DNA of 64,000 nt from assembly GCA_964354805.1 (NCBI GenBank), contig CAYHBD010000009.1, positions 1 to 64,000 of the forward strand, in the 5' to 3' direction. Source of the DNA: an uncultured archaeon (GTDB taxonomy: Archaea; Iainarchaeota; Iainarchaeia; Iainarchaeales; GCA-2688035). The notes beneath the pieces were generated by a model, which did no database searches, had not been told where the DNA came from, and saw only the letters and a program-made list of their open reading frames with translations. Position numbers and translations under genes: made by a program. Position 1 is the stretch's first letter. Each line of letters starts with the position of its first letter. Shown here piece after piece: positions 47,834-57,856 of the stretch.

Positions 47834-50026
47834 ATGGGCAGAAGAGAGGACATGGTGCATCTTGCAGAAAGCATGATGCAACAAAGAGAGCACATCAGGA
47901 ACATCGGAATAGTTGCCCACATTGACCACGGCAAAACAACAATGACAGACAACCTGATTGCAGCAGCAGGCCTTATCAGCGAAGAGCTTGCGGGAAAACA
48001 GCTGTTCATGGACTTTTATGAACTGGAACAGCAGAGGGGCATTACAATCAATGCAGCAAACATCAGCCTTGTTCACAAGCTTGGCGGAGAGGATTATCTG
48101 ATCAATGTAATTGACACACCAGGCCACATTGATTTTGGAGGAGAGGTAATCAGGGCAATGAGGGCTGTTGATGGCGTTGTGGTTGTTGTTGATTCTGTGG
48201 AGGGGGTCATGCCACAGACTGAAACAGTTGTAAGGCAGGCTTTAAGGGAGCGAGTAAAGCCAGTTCTTTTCATAAACAAGGTTGACAGGCTGGTCAACGA
48301 ACTGCAGCTGAATGCAGAGCAAATGCAGGAACGCTTTGTCAAGACAATTACACAGGTAAACAGGCTGATCAAAAACAATGCGCCGAAAGAATTTGCCGAA
48401 TCCTGGCAGGTTAAGGTAAATGATGGATCGGTTTCATTCGGCTCTGCCTACCACAACTGGGCATTGAATGTCCATTCAATGAAAGAAACAGGCATTAGCT
48501 TCAAGGACGTTTACGATTACTGCAAGAAACAAGACCAGAAAACCCTGGCAAAAAAGAGCCCGCTGCATGCAAGCATTTTGGGAATGGTTGTGCAGCATTT
48601 GCCAAACCCGATGCAGGCACAAAAATACAGGACAACGACAATCTGGGCAGGCGAACTGGAAAGCGAAGTAGGCAAGGGAATGCTTACTTGCGACGAAAAC
48701 GCGCCTTTCGCAATGATGGTAACAGATGTAACGGTTGACCCGCACGCCGGAGACATTGCAACAGGAAGGATTTACAGCGGCGCAATCAAAAGCGGGATGA
48801 AAGTGAAACTTATCGGAGGCCAAAAAGAGGTAACAGTGCAGCAGGTTGTTATCTTCATGGGCCCGGAAAGGGTGACAGTACAGAAGGTTCCATGCGGAAA
48901 CATCGCTGGCCTGGTTGGAATTAAAGAAATCTGGGCAGGTGAAACAGTCAGCAGCGTTGACATGCCGACATTTGAAAGCTTCAAAAGCACTGCAGAACCA
49001 GTTATGACTGTAAGCGTTGAACCAAAGCAGACAAAGGATTTGCCGAAATTGATTGAGGTAATAAGGCAGATTACAAAGGAGGACCCAAACGTTGTTGCTT
49101 CATTGAACCAGGAAACAGGTGAGCACCTGTTGAGCGGCATGGGCGAACTGCACTTGGAGGTAACACAGTACAGGATTGAAAAGGACCACGGCATTCCAAT
49201 TGATGTTTCAACGCCAATTGTTGTTTACAGGGAAACAATCAGAAAAGAAAGCCCGACTTTGGAGGGAAAGAGTCCAAACAAGCACAACAAATTCAAAATG
49301 AGCGTAGAGCCAATTGAAGAAGAGGTGCTGCAGAAGCTGATTGAGGCAAAGATCCAGAAAAAAATCAAGCCAAAGGACAAGGAAATGATTGCAAAATTCG
49401 AGCAAATGGGCTTTGACAGGGACACATCAAGGCGCATCTGGTACGTCCACAACAACAACATTTTTGTTGACATGACCAGAGGCATTGTTGCATTGTTTGA
49501 AATAAAGGAAATGGTTATCCAGGCATTCCAGGATGCAATGAATGAAGGGCCTCTTGCAAAAGAGAAGTGCTTCGGTGTCAAAGTAATCCTGCATGACACA
49601 ACATTGCACGAGGATTCAATCCACAGGGGTCCTGCACAGGTTCTGCCTTCGGTCACCAGAACAATCTTTGCATGCATGCTCAGCGCTGACCCGATTATTT
49701 TGGAGCCAAAGCAAACCCTGTTCATTACGGTTCCACAGGATTACATGGGGGCTGTTTCAAAAGAGCTTGGCCAGAGGAGAACTCAAATCAGCGAAATGAA
49801 GCAGGAGGGAGACGCCTCAATCTTCATTGCAAAAGCGCCAGTGAAAGAGCTTATTGGCTTCAGCGCGAGCATAAGGGGAGCAACACAGGGAAGAGCAATC
49901 TGGACAGCAGAATACGCCGGCTTTGAGCCACTGCCGAGAGAAATGCAGAAAGGCGTGATAGCAGAAGTGAGAAAAAGAAAAGGCTTGGACCCGGAGCCAA
50001 AAAGCGCGGCGTTTTTCTTGGAATAA
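47834..50026 (+). CDS. fusA: Translation elongation factor aEF-2
   Basis: AHIDHGKTT, RGITI, DTPGH, NKVD, diphthamide loop LHEDSIHRG. Confidence 0.97.
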   Translation: MGRREDMVHLAESMMQQREHIRNIGIVAHIDHGKTTMTDNLIAAAGLISEELAGKQLFMDFYELEQQRGITINAANISLVHKLGGEDYLINVIDTPGHIDFGGEVIRAMRAVDGVVVVVDSVEGVMPQTETVVRQALRERVKPVLFINKVDRLVNELQLNAEQMQERFVKTITQVNRLIKNNAPKEFAESWQVKVNDGSVSFGSAYHNWALNVHSMKETGISFKDVYDYCKKQDQKTLAKKSPLHASILGMVVQHLPNPMQAQKYRTTTIWAGELESEVGKGMLTCDENAPFAMMVTDVTVDPHAGDIATGRIYSGAIKSGMKVKLIGGQKEVTVQQVVIFMGPERVTVQKVPCGNIAGLVGIKEIWAGETVSSVDMPTFESFKSTAEPVMTVSVEPKQTKDLPKLIEVIRQITKEDPNVVASLNQETGEHLLSGMGELHLEVTQYRIEKDHGIPIDVSTPIVVYRETIRKESPTLEGKSPNKHNKFKMSVEPIEEEVLQKLIEAKIQKKIKPKDKEMIAKFEQMGFDRDTSRRIWYVHNNNIFVDMTRGIVALFEIKEMVIQAFQDAMNEGPLAKEKCFGVKVILHDTTLHEDSIHRGPAQVLPSVTRTIFACMLSADPIILEPKQTLFITVPQDYMGAVSKELGQRRTQISEMKQEGDASIFIAKAPVKELIGFSASIRGATQGRAIWTAEYAGFEPLPREMQKGVIAEVRKRKGLDPEPKSAAFFLE

Positions 50027-50090
50027 GCCGCTGTTTCTAATCTACTTGCTAAAATAGTTTCCTTCAGCCTAATTTTACCAATTGACCGCA

Positions 50091-50114
50091 AGGGTTACGT
50101 TATAACGTAACCCT
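50091..50114. promoter_or_regulatory. Perfect 24-bp palindrome, operator-like
   Basis: AGGGTTACGTTA|TAACGTAACCCT next to TATATAAA. Confidence 0.6.
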
Positions 50115-50128
50115 ATATAAATGGCAAA

Positions 50129-50155
50129 AAAACAGCGCAGTTCTTTTTGGAATAA
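50129..50155 (+). repeat. Diverged copy of the fusA 3' end
   Basis: KTAQFFLE* vs KSAAFFLE*; 21/27 nt, both Phe codons synonymously changed. Confidence 0.75.
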
Positions 50156-50164
50156 AAAGGGCGG

Positions 50165-50311
50165 TTAAGGCAATAAAAGTTTTGAATCAAACAGCTCTTC
50201 CTTGCATTTGCTGCAGTAAAAGGCTTTAACATCCCGCATTATCAGCTTTCCGTCAAAGAAATCCATCTCTGTCATTATTTCCTGCAGCTCATTCCCGCAA
50301 ACGCATTTCAT
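50165..50311 (-). CDS. YgiT/MqsA-type zinc-finger small protein (48 aa, not in ORF track)
   Basis: MKCVCG…IMRDVKAFYCSKCKEELFD. Confidence 0.65.
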   Translation of the reverse strand: MKCVCGNELQEIMTEMDFFDGKLIMRDVKAFYCSKCKEELFDSKLLLP

Positions 50312-50389
50312 TTTCTCACACTACTTTTTTAGAATAAAATACACCTCAGATAAAAGGTTAAATAGCTAATATTTACCTAATTATTAATT

Positions 50390-51484
50390 ATGCCTAAAGC
50401 AAGAGCAGCAAGAACCTTTGTAATTGCACCTTTCCAAGTAGAGTCAAAAAGAAGAATAATTGGTACGCAGGCTTCTTATGAAGAGGTAAAGAGGGTTGCG
50501 AGACAAGCAACGAGAATTAAACCTGGAAAGGTTGGTTTTGCTGAATTTCTACAAGCATCAGGTGTTGCAGAAAAAAGAAGATACGGCTTGGTTCTCAATA
50601 TAGAAAAAATTATATCTTTATCAACTGCGCCGAGAGTTGGGCAGCTTTTTAGAACACTCTTACAATACTACAGTTCAGCAAACCCAGCGTTTACAAGGGT
50701 GGCACAGCTTGAAAGCCTTGCAGTAATAAAGCAGCTCAGGGGATTGGGCTTTAGAGTCAAAATACAAGATTCTGGGGAAAGAAAAAGAGCGGTATTTGTC
50801 AGGGCCGCACAAAAAGCAGGCGCAATCAGAATAAAAGCCCCCCACGGCATTAGGTCATTTAAACTATTACCAGGGACAGTTTGGGCAAGAGACCAGTGGG
50901 TGAAAATCGGCGGAAAAAAAGAAAAGCCAAAAACAGATATTGCCTCACTGCTTTTTACAGAAGGCCATTTTTTGGGGGAAGGCGGCTCGATGGTTCAAGT
51001 TGGGCCAAGAGAATTTGCCATAGCTGAAAGCATTGTAAGAGACCCAAGGCTGGCAAATTATGAAAGGGCAGGATACAAATTTCAAGTAATGCCTTACGGG
51101 GCTTTTTTTGACAGAGCTCTAACTGATTATTTTGGAACAAGAATTTACACTATTGCCAAGCATTTGGACCTATTAATTGGGGGCATTCCAGAAAAAAGAG
51201 TCGCCGCCATAGACCTGCACTATTACAATGAGCATAGGGAAAGCATTGAACAAATGCAAAGGAGGTTTGGGACAAAAATTATTGTAGTTCCAGAAACAGA
51301 GGCAGACAGGCATCCTCAAAACTTTTTGCCCCTGGGGCAAGGAAAAGTCCTTGTTGATAGCGGGGCTCCTTCCTTAGCCCATATGCTAAAAAACGCCGGC
51401 TTGGAAGCAATTCCAACTGCCGTACCATTAAATGCACTACTGTATAACAGGGGCGGGCTTCACTGCCTTTTCAACGAGTATTAG
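50390..51484 (+). CDS. Amidinotransferase/arginine-deiminase-superfamily (pentein) protein
   Basis: VWARD, EGG, HLD, N.LP, terminal GGLHC; highly basic N-terminus. Confidence 0.7.
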   Translation: MPKARAARTFVIAPFQVESKRRIIGTQASYEEVKRVARQATRIKPGKVGFAEFLQASGVAEKRRYGLVLNIEKIISLSTAPRVGQLFRTLLQYYSSANPAFTRVAQLESLAVIKQLRGLGFRVKIQDSGERKRAVFVRAAQKAGAIRIKAPHGIRSFKLLPGTVWARDQWVKIGGKKEKPKTDIASLLFTEGHFLGEGGSMVQVGPREFAIAESIVRDPRLANYERAGYKFQVMPYGAFFDRALTDYFGTRIYTIAKHLDLLIGGIPEKRVAAIDLHYYNEHRESIEQMQRRFGTKIIVVPETEADRHPQNFLPLGQGKVLVDSGAPSLAHMLKNAGLEAIPTAVPLNALLYNRGGLHCLFNEY

Positions 51485-51609
51485 GGGAATTCTGAAAAAA
51501 ACGCCCCTTTTTTAATATTTTCGTTCAAGGAAATAGTAATATTATACTGTGGGGTTTCCAGTTTTTTCCCTGAAAAATTGGTGGCGATTTCAGTTTGGAG
51601 GTAATTTTA

Positions 51610-52938
51610 ATGGCTGAAAAACCACACGTTAATTTGGTTTTCATTGGGCACGTTGACCACGGCAAGTCAACCTTAGTCGGCAGGCTATTGTATGATTCAG
51701 GCGCTCTCTCTGAGCAGGAATACAGGAAGCTTGAGCAGACTGCAAAGGAAATGGGAAAGGGAACCTTTGTCTTTGCTTTTGTAATGGACAGGCTGAAAGA
51801 GGAAAGGGAGAGAGGAGTTACAATTGATGTTGCTTACAAGAAATTCATGGGAAAAAAGAACTATTTCACAATAATTGACGCCCCAGGCCACAAGGACTTT
51901 GTTAAAAACATGATTACAGGCACATCACAGGCTGATGCAGCTGTCCTTGTCATTGCATCAAAGGACGGAGTAATGGCACAGACAAAAGAACACGCTTTCC
52001 TGGCCCAGGTTATGGGATTGAAACAGCTTATTGTTGCAATAAACAAAATGGATGAAGTTGCTTACGATGAAAAGAAATTCAAGGAAGTTAAAGACAGCGC
52101 AAACAAGCTTTTAACCGGAGTCGGCTACAAGCCAGAGCAGGTCAAGTTCATTCCATTGTCAGCATGGGTCGGAGACAACGTTGCAAAGAAATCGGAAAAG
52201 ATGAAATGGTATACCGGCCCGACATTGCTTGAGGCATTGGATGAAATAGTTGCTTCAAAGCCGCCGACAGACAAGCCATTGAGGCTTCCTATTCAGGACG
52301 TTTACAGCATTAAAGGAGTTGGCTTGGTTCCTGTTGGCAGGGTTGAAACAGGAACTATTAAGCCAAGCGACAAAGTAATTGTAGAGCCAAGCGGCGTTGA
52401 AGGCGAAGTGAAAACAATTGAAATGCACCACGAGCAGCTGCCACAGGCAGTTCCAGGGGACAACATCGGGTTCAATGTAAGGGGCTGGCAGAAAGAGGAT
52501 GTTGCAAGAGGCGATGTAGTAGGGCATCCAAAGGACCCGCCGACTGTTGCAAAGGAATTCAAGGCACAGATTGTTGTCCTGTCACACCCGACAGCGATTC
52601 CTGTTGGTTACACTCCGGTTTTCCACCTGCACACAGCACAGCTTTCATGCAGGCTTGAAGCAATAGAGAAAACCCTTGACCCAAAAACAGGCGCAACAAA
52701 GGAAGAGAACCCCAAGTTCCTGAAAACAGGGGATGCGGCAATTGTAAGGATTGTTCCAACAAAGCCAGTTGTTGTAGAGGAATACAAGAAATTCCCGCAG
52801 CTCGGCAGGTTTGCAATCAGGGACATGGGCCAAACAGTTGCAGCAGGAATAGTAATCAGCGTAACCCCAAGAGACAAGAAAGAAAAGAGCGACAAAAAGG
52901 AGAAAGAGGGCAATCATAAGCCAGGGGACAAGAAATAA
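51610..52938 (+). CDS. tuf: Translation elongation factor aEF-1alpha
   Basis: [37 protein letters not shown]. Confidence 0.97.
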   Translation: MAEKPHVNLVFIGHVDHGKSTLVGRLLYDSGALSEQEYRKLEQTAKEMGKGTFVFAFVMDRLKEERERGVTIDVAYKKFMGKKNYFTIIDAPGHKDFVKNMITGTSQADAAVLVIASKDGVMAQTKEHAFLAQVMGLKQLIVAINKMDEVAYDEKKFKEVKDSANKLLTGVGYKPEQVKFIPLSAWVGDNVAKKSEKMKWYTGPTLLEALDEIVASKPPTDKPLRLPIQDVYSIKGVGLVPVGRVETGTIKPSDKVIVEPSGVEGEVKTIEMHHEQLPQAVPGDNIGFNVRGWQKEDVARGDVVGHPKDPPTVAKEFKAQIVVLSHPTAIPVGYTPVFHLHTAQLSCRLEAIEKTLDPKTGATKEENPKFLKTGDAAIVRIVPTKPVVVEEYKKFPQLGRFAIRDMGQTVAAGIVISVTPRDKKEKSDKKEKEGNHKPGDKK

Positions 52939-52982
52939 AGCGCCTGGCAAGGGAAAAACAGGAGCAACAAATTTAACGCTGA

Positions 52983-52998
52983 GGGACAAGAAATAAAG
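52983..52998 (+). repeat. Copy of the tuf 3' end
   Basis: GGGACAAGAAATAAAG identical to 52925-52940. Confidence 0.75.
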
Positions 52999-53097
52999 GG
53001 CAAAAAAACTTGGTTCAAAACTATTCAAAGGGGGGACAGTGCTTTTACTGTTCTCTTTTTTATTTTTATTTTGTTTTTTGAGCATTGGTGAGCTGTT

Positions 53098-53406
53098 ATG
53101 CAAAAGGCTAGAATAAAGCTGACTTCGGCTAATTATGACCAGCTCACCGAGATATGCAACAAAATCCTTGATGTAGCTGCCAGAACAGGCGTAAAGCACT
53201 CAGGCGCAATCCCTTTGCCTACAAAAAAGATGGTTATTCCTACAAGAAAGGCTCCATGCGGCGGCGGAACAGAATCATACGAGAGATGGCAGCTGCGGAT
53301 CCACAAAAGGCTTATTGACATCGAAGCAGACGAAAGAACACTAAGAAGGGTAATGAGAGTTGAAATACCCGAATCAGTGCACGTGGAAATAGAGCTGAAG
53401 GAATAA
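53098..53406 (+). CDS. rps10: 30S ribosomal protein S10 (uS10)
   Basis: ARIKL…G.IPLPTK…RKAPCG.G…RIHKRLID. Confidence 0.96.
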   Translation: MQKARIKLTSANYDQLTEICNKILDVAARTGVKHSGAIPLPTKKMVIPTRKAPCGGGTESYERWQLRIHKRLIDIEADERTLRRVMRVEIPESVHVEIELKE

Positions 53407-53456
53407 GCACAAAATTTTTAATTACTTGCCGATCTTTCTATTTTTGGGTTTTCCTA

Positions 53457-53921
53457 TTGCTCTGCTATATTGCATCCGACCACGGCGGCTTTTCCTTAAA
53501 AGAGTTCCTGAAAGAAAACCTGAGCAAAAAATTTGAAGTAAAGGACTTAGGCTGCTACAGCGAGGAAGGCTGCGATTACCCCGATTTCGCTGAAAAGGCT
53601 GCAAAAGCTGTTGCAGAAAGCAATGGAAAGGCTTTGGGAATCCTCTGCTGCGGAACAGGCATTGGAATGAGCTTGGCAGCAAACAAGGTTAAGGGCATCA
53701 GGGCTGCTGTTGTGTACGATGAATTCACTGCAAAGATGGCAAGGGCGCACAACAACGCAAACATTGCCTGTTTCGGCGGAAGAAACATTGAAAAGGAAAC
53801 TGCTTTGCAATTGGCTGAAATCTTTTTGGCAACAGCATTTGAGGGAGAGCAAAAAGAAGGCGCAAGGCATTTGCAAAGAGTGCGGAAGATTGCTGAAATT
53901 GAAAAGAAATACTTTAAATAA
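53457..53921 (+). CDS. rpiB: Ribose-5-phosphate isomerase B
   Basis: ASDHGG, DYPD, CGTGIGM..AANKVKGIRAA, HNNAN, RH..RV. Confidence 0.93.
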   Translation: MLCYIASDHGGFSLKEFLKENLSKKFEVKDLGCYSEEGCDYPDFAEKAAKAVAESNGKALGILCCGTGIGMSLAANKVKGIRAAVVYDEFTAKMARAHNNANIACFGGRNIEKETALQLAEIFLATAFEGEQKEGARHLQRVRKIAEIEKKYFK

Positions 53922-53943
53922 AAGGAAACCCTAATTGGTATAG

Positions 53944-55818
53944 ATGCTTTCGGGAAAATTCATTGCAATAACAGTGATTCTGTTTGCTTTGATGAACTCA
54001 GCCGGCGCTGCAACCTACTATTGTGACCCTGTTGCCGGAAATACTCGGACAGGCGATGGAAGCAGCGAGAACCCATGGGGAACACTGCAGTCTGTTGTGG
54101 CGGCGGGTTACTTTAACGGTGTAAAGATAAAGAGCGGTGATACGTTAAGGCTTGGCACTGGATTTCACGGCATATTTGACCTCAATGGCACACCGAAAGG
54201 TACTGCTAAAAAGAACACTGTCTGTAAGAATACTGACTATATCACTATCGAGGCAGATACCAGCGCTATTGCCGATCTCAACTTCATCTGGCTCTACCAT
54301 TGCGAGTATTGGCATTTTAAGGGCTTGCGAGTTAGTCCAAGTTTCTCAAATCAAGTGACAAAAGAGGCAAAATTAGCTACTGGCGGAAGTATAGTTTATA
54401 ATAAAACCGGTAGCAAGCATATAATTATTGAGGACTGTAACATTTTTACCACCTCGGATGACATTTTTTCTGCATGGGATGCCTACGAACGACACGACAT
54501 GGCCTATACTGGAATCACATTCCCCTATATGAGCTATGTTACAATCCACGGAAACTTTATACATGATGTAGCCGATGGAATTGCTGCAGGAGGCAGTGCT
54601 TCAAACCCTGGAAACTACAACCTGATAGAACAGAACACGATTAACAACTTTGGTGACGATGGAATTAAGACTTGTGTTTCAAATAGTATTATTCAGGATA
54701 ACACTATCACAAATGTCTATAAAATGCTCTGGTACATTAAGGAGGACGGCACGCCTGAATGGACTCATTCCGACGGGATACAGTTTCTCGAACTTCCATA
54801 TCCTACCATACACGATGTGATAATAAGACGCAATTATATTAATGCTCGCACAGACCCCAACCGCGACCGGGATTTTGAAACCCTTGACAGTCACGCCTTA
54901 CAAGCAACTTTCCTTGATGGACTTGTCAATGGTGTAATTGAAAATAATATCATCATGGGCGGTCATTACACTCGCGGCATTAGCATCAATACATATGCTG
55001 ATAATGTTAGAATAGTAAATAACACATTAGAAAGACCTCAGGGATTTACAACAAGTACAAGACCAGTCATACACATACCAACCGGCAGTGTCGACAGGCA
55101 TAAATGGGGTTCCAGAAATGTCATAGTTCGCAACAATATCGCCTACGGATTTCCGCTTGACAGCAATGAGCTTACAGCTCACCCTTATTCTGACTATTAT
55201 GAAAATGTTGTTGTTGAGAATAACTTTGACATTGATAGTATAGTCGGCTATGACCCCAATGTTCAATTTGTCGATTATGCTAACGGCAATGTGCACTTGG
55301 CTGCCGACAGCAATTTCATTGACACAGGCAGCAGTGAAGATGCTCCAAACGAAGACCTTGATAAAAATTTACGGCCCCAGGGGCAAGGCTATGACATTGG
55401 AGCATACGAATTCCAAAGCGGCGCACAACAAACCTGCGCAGGCACAGACGCAAGCTGCGGCGTTTACCCAAACTGCCAAAACTGCAACTCGCAGGATGGC
55501 TGTGACGGAAACACACTCAGAGACTACTATTGCACTGGCACAACCTGCACTTTCACAGAAGACGACTGCTCGGATTGCAGCTGCAACTGCGGGGACTACA
55601 ACGCAACAGAATCAATCGCAAACAACAACTGCGCTGATAGCAAAGACAACGACTGCGACACAAAAACAGACACAGCAGACGAAGGATGCCAAGCAGCAGA
55701 ATGCATTGACACGGCAAAAATGACAAATTACATAGGGCAATGGAAACAAGGGCAAATGACAATGCTTGCACTAATGCAAAAAATGAAACAATGGAAAACA
55801 GGAACAGGATGCGCTTAA
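53944..55818 (+). CDS. Secreted right-handed beta-helix protein with Cys-rich C-terminal region
   Basis: Signal peptide, YYCDP…GDGS..NPW, NN.I repeats, HSDGIQ, YDIGAYEF, DNDCD, QWKxG tandem. Confidence 0.75.
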   Translation: MLSGKFIAITVILFALMNSAGAATYYCDPVAGNTRTGDGSSENPWGTLQSVVAAGYFNGVKIKSGDTLRLGTGFHGIFDLNGTPKGTAKKNTVCKNTDYITIEADTSAIADLNFIWLYHCEYWHFKGLRVSPSFSNQVTKEAKLATGGSIVYNKTGSKHIIIEDCNIFTTSDDIFSAWDAYERHDMAYTGITFPYMSYVTIHGNFIHDVADGIAAGGSASNPGNYNLIEQNTINNFGDDGIKTCVSNSIIQDNTITNVYKMLWYIKEDGTPEWTHSDGIQFLELPYPTIHDVIIRRNYINARTDPNRDRDFETLDSHALQATFLDGLVNGVIENNIIMGGHYTRGISINTYADNVRIVNNTLERPQGFTTSTRPVIHIPTGSVDRHKWGSRNVIVRNNIAYGFPLDSNELTAHPYSDYYENVVVENNFDIDSIVGYDPNVQFVDYANGNVHLAADSNFIDTGSSEDAPNEDLDKNLRPQGQGYDIGAYEFQSGAQQTCAGTDASCGVYPNCQNCNSQDGCDGNTLRDYYCTGTTCTFTEDDCSDCSCNCGDYNATESIANNNCADSKDNDCDTKTDTADEGCQAAECIDTAKMTNYIGQWKQGQMTMLALMQKMKQWKTGTGCA

Positions 55819-55864
55819 AGCAACCAGTGATTTAAATAAAACCCTTTTCCTATTACATTAATCT

Positions 55865-56284
55865 ATGTTTGAGTTATTCGAGCACAAGGCAGACATTGGA
55901 GTAAGAGGCATTGGCAAAAGCAGGGAAGAAGCTTTTGCAGAATGCGCAAAGGCAATGTTCAGTTTCATAGCTGATTTGAAAAAAATTGAGGCAAAACAAT
56001 GGAACGAGATTGCGGTTGAAGCAGGCGATTTGGAAACGCTTTTGGTTAATTTTTTGAATGAATTGCTTTACCTAAAAGATGCAGAAGGAATGCTGTACAG
56101 CAGGTTTGACGTATACATAACCGAAGAGGCCGGGAAGCAGGCGCTGAAAGGAAAAGCGGGCGGCGAAAAAGCGGACAAAAAAAAGCACGCGCTCAAAGCC
56201 GATGTGAAAGCTGCTTCCTTTCACCAATTGAAGGTTGCAAAGGAAAAAGGCAAATGGATTGCGCAATGCGTTGTGGATGTTTAA
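55865..56284 (+). CDS. Archease
   Basis: EHKADIG…LNELLY…VKAASFH…VVDV; adjacent to rtcB. Confidence 0.93.
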   Translation: MFELFEHKADIGVRGIGKSREEAFAECAKAMFSFIADLKKIEAKQWNEIAVEAGDLETLLVNFLNELLYLKDAEGMLYSRFDVYITEEAGKQALKGKAGGEKADKKKHALKADVKAASFHQLKVAKEKGKWIAQCVVDV

Positions 56285-56363
56285 ACACCTTTTCTTTTAG
56301 AAAAAGAAAAGCTGTACAAAAAGAAAATAAAAACATGGCAAAATAATTGAAAAAGGCATATTT

Positions 56364-57797
56364 ATGGATTTCAAAAAATTGGGAAATGCGCTCTGGGAAA
56401 TGCCCAAAGAAGCAACAATGCGTGTCCCTGCCAGAGTTTTTGCAACAGAGAAACTTTTCAAGGAAATAGAGCAGGGGGCAATGCAGCAGCTGGTTAATAC
56501 AGCAGCCCTGCCAGGAATTCAGACAGCAGCGCTTGGAATGCCTGACATGCACTGGGGGTATGGATTTCCAATTGGCGGAGTTGCTGCATTTGATGCAAAA
56601 GAGGGCGGTGTTGTCAGCCCTGGGGGGATAGGTTTTGACATCAACTGCGGAGTTCGCCTGATCAGGACAAACCTTTCGGCACAGGAAATAAAGCCCAAGG
56701 TGCGCGAATTGATTGATGTTTTGTTTAACCTTGTTCCGGCAGGTGTTGGGGGGAAAGGGAAAATTAAATTGAATGAAGCGCAGTTGAGGGAGCTGCTGCA
56801 GCATGGGGCGCGCTGGGCAGTGGAGAATGGCTATGGCTGGGAAAAAGACTTGAAACACATTGAAGAGAACGGCGAAATGAAAGGCGCAAATCCTGCAAAG
56901 GTTTCCCAAAAGGCATTGCAGAGGGGAATGCCCCAAAGCGGCACTCTCGGCAGCGGAAACCATTTCCTTGAAATCCAGAAGGTTGAGCAGGTTTTTGACG
57001 AAAAGATTGCAAAAAAATTCGGCTTGTTTCAGGGGCAGGCAGTGGTAATGCTGCACTCAGGAAGCAGGGGCTGCGGCCACCAGATTGCGACTGATTACAT
57101 TGATGTAATGCTTAATGCAATGCAAAAATATGGCATCAGCGTTCCTGACAGGCAGCTTGCCTGCGCTCCGATTGAAAGCAAGGAAGGCCAGGATTACCTG
57201 CTGGCAATGAACTGCGGCGTGAACTATGCATTTGCAAACAGGCAGGCAATGATGCACTGGACAAGAGAAGGGTTCGCACAAATTCTTGGACAAGATGCTG
57301 AAAAGCTCGGCATGGATCTGGTTTACGATATCTGCCACAATGTAGCGAAATTTGAACAGCACGAAATCGGCGGAAAGAAAAAAGAGGTTTTGATTCACAG
57401 GAAAGGAGCCACAAGGGCAATGCCTGCAGGCAGGAAAGAGAACCCCGCTGATTATATGCTCACAGGGCATCCTGCAATAATCCCAGGCAGCATGGGAACA
57501 GCCTCTTATGTGGTTGTTGGAACTGAATCTGGCTTGAAAGAAGCATTCGCTTCTGTAGCACATGGAGCAGGACGCGCAATGTCTCGCACAAGCGCAATGA
57601 AGATGAAGCGCGGTGAGCAGGTGAAAAAGGAGCTTGAAGCAAAGGGCGAGGTTGTAAAGGGTGCCTCATGGGCCGGCCTGGCTGAAGAGGCTCCCGAAGC
57701 ATACAAGGACATTGATGAAGTAATCAAATCAATCGAGCTGGCGGGAATTGGCTTAAAGGTTGCAAAAATGGTGCCATTGGGAGTAATGAAAGGCTGA
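56364..57797 (+). CDS. rtcB: RNA-splicing ligase RtcB
   Basis: MPDMHWGYGFPIGG, GFDINCG, GTLGSGNHF, HSGSRG, HGAGR, EEAPEAYK. Confidence 0.97.
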   Translation: MDFKKLGNALWEMPKEATMRVPARVFATEKLFKEIEQGAMQQLVNTAALPGIQTAALGMPDMHWGYGFPIGGVAAFDAKEGGVVSPGGIGFDINCGVRLIRTNLSAQEIKPKVRELIDVLFNLVPAGVGGKGKIKLNEAQLRELLQHGARWAVENGYGWEKDLKHIEENGEMKGANPAKVSQKALQRGMPQSGTLGSGNHFLEIQKVEQVFDEKIAKKFGLFQGQAVVMLHSGSRGCGHQIATDYIDVMLNAMQKYGISVPDRQLACAPIESKEGQDYLLAMNCGVNYAFANRQAMMHWTREGFAQILGQDAEKLGMDLVYDICHNVAKFEQHEIGGKKKEVLIHRKGATRAMPAGRKENPADYMLTGHPAIIPGSMGTASYVVVGTESGLKEAFASVAHGAGRAMSRTSAMKMKRGEQVKKELEAKGEVVKGASWAGLAEEAPEAYKDIDEVIKSIELAGIGLKVAKMVPLGVMKG

Positions 57798-57832
57798 CTC
57801 GCATTTGGTATTGAAAGGGCATGCAATACCAT

Positions 57833-57856
57833 GTTCCGCTTGGGGTAATGAAGGGG
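57833..57856 (+). repeat. Synonymously recoded copy of the rtcB 3' end
   Basis: GTTCCGCTTGGGGTAATGAAGGGG vs GTGCCATTGGGAGTAATGAAAGGC, both VPLGVMKG. Confidence 0.8.

Noticed and set aside
50091-50114. Xer/dif site
   Set aside because: It lacks the 11-6-11 arm-spacer layout; it is a spacer-less perfect palindrome.
53913-55841. TTTAAATAAAA flanking the beta-helix gene as a target duplication
   Set aside because: Low complexity and equally explained as TATA boxes.
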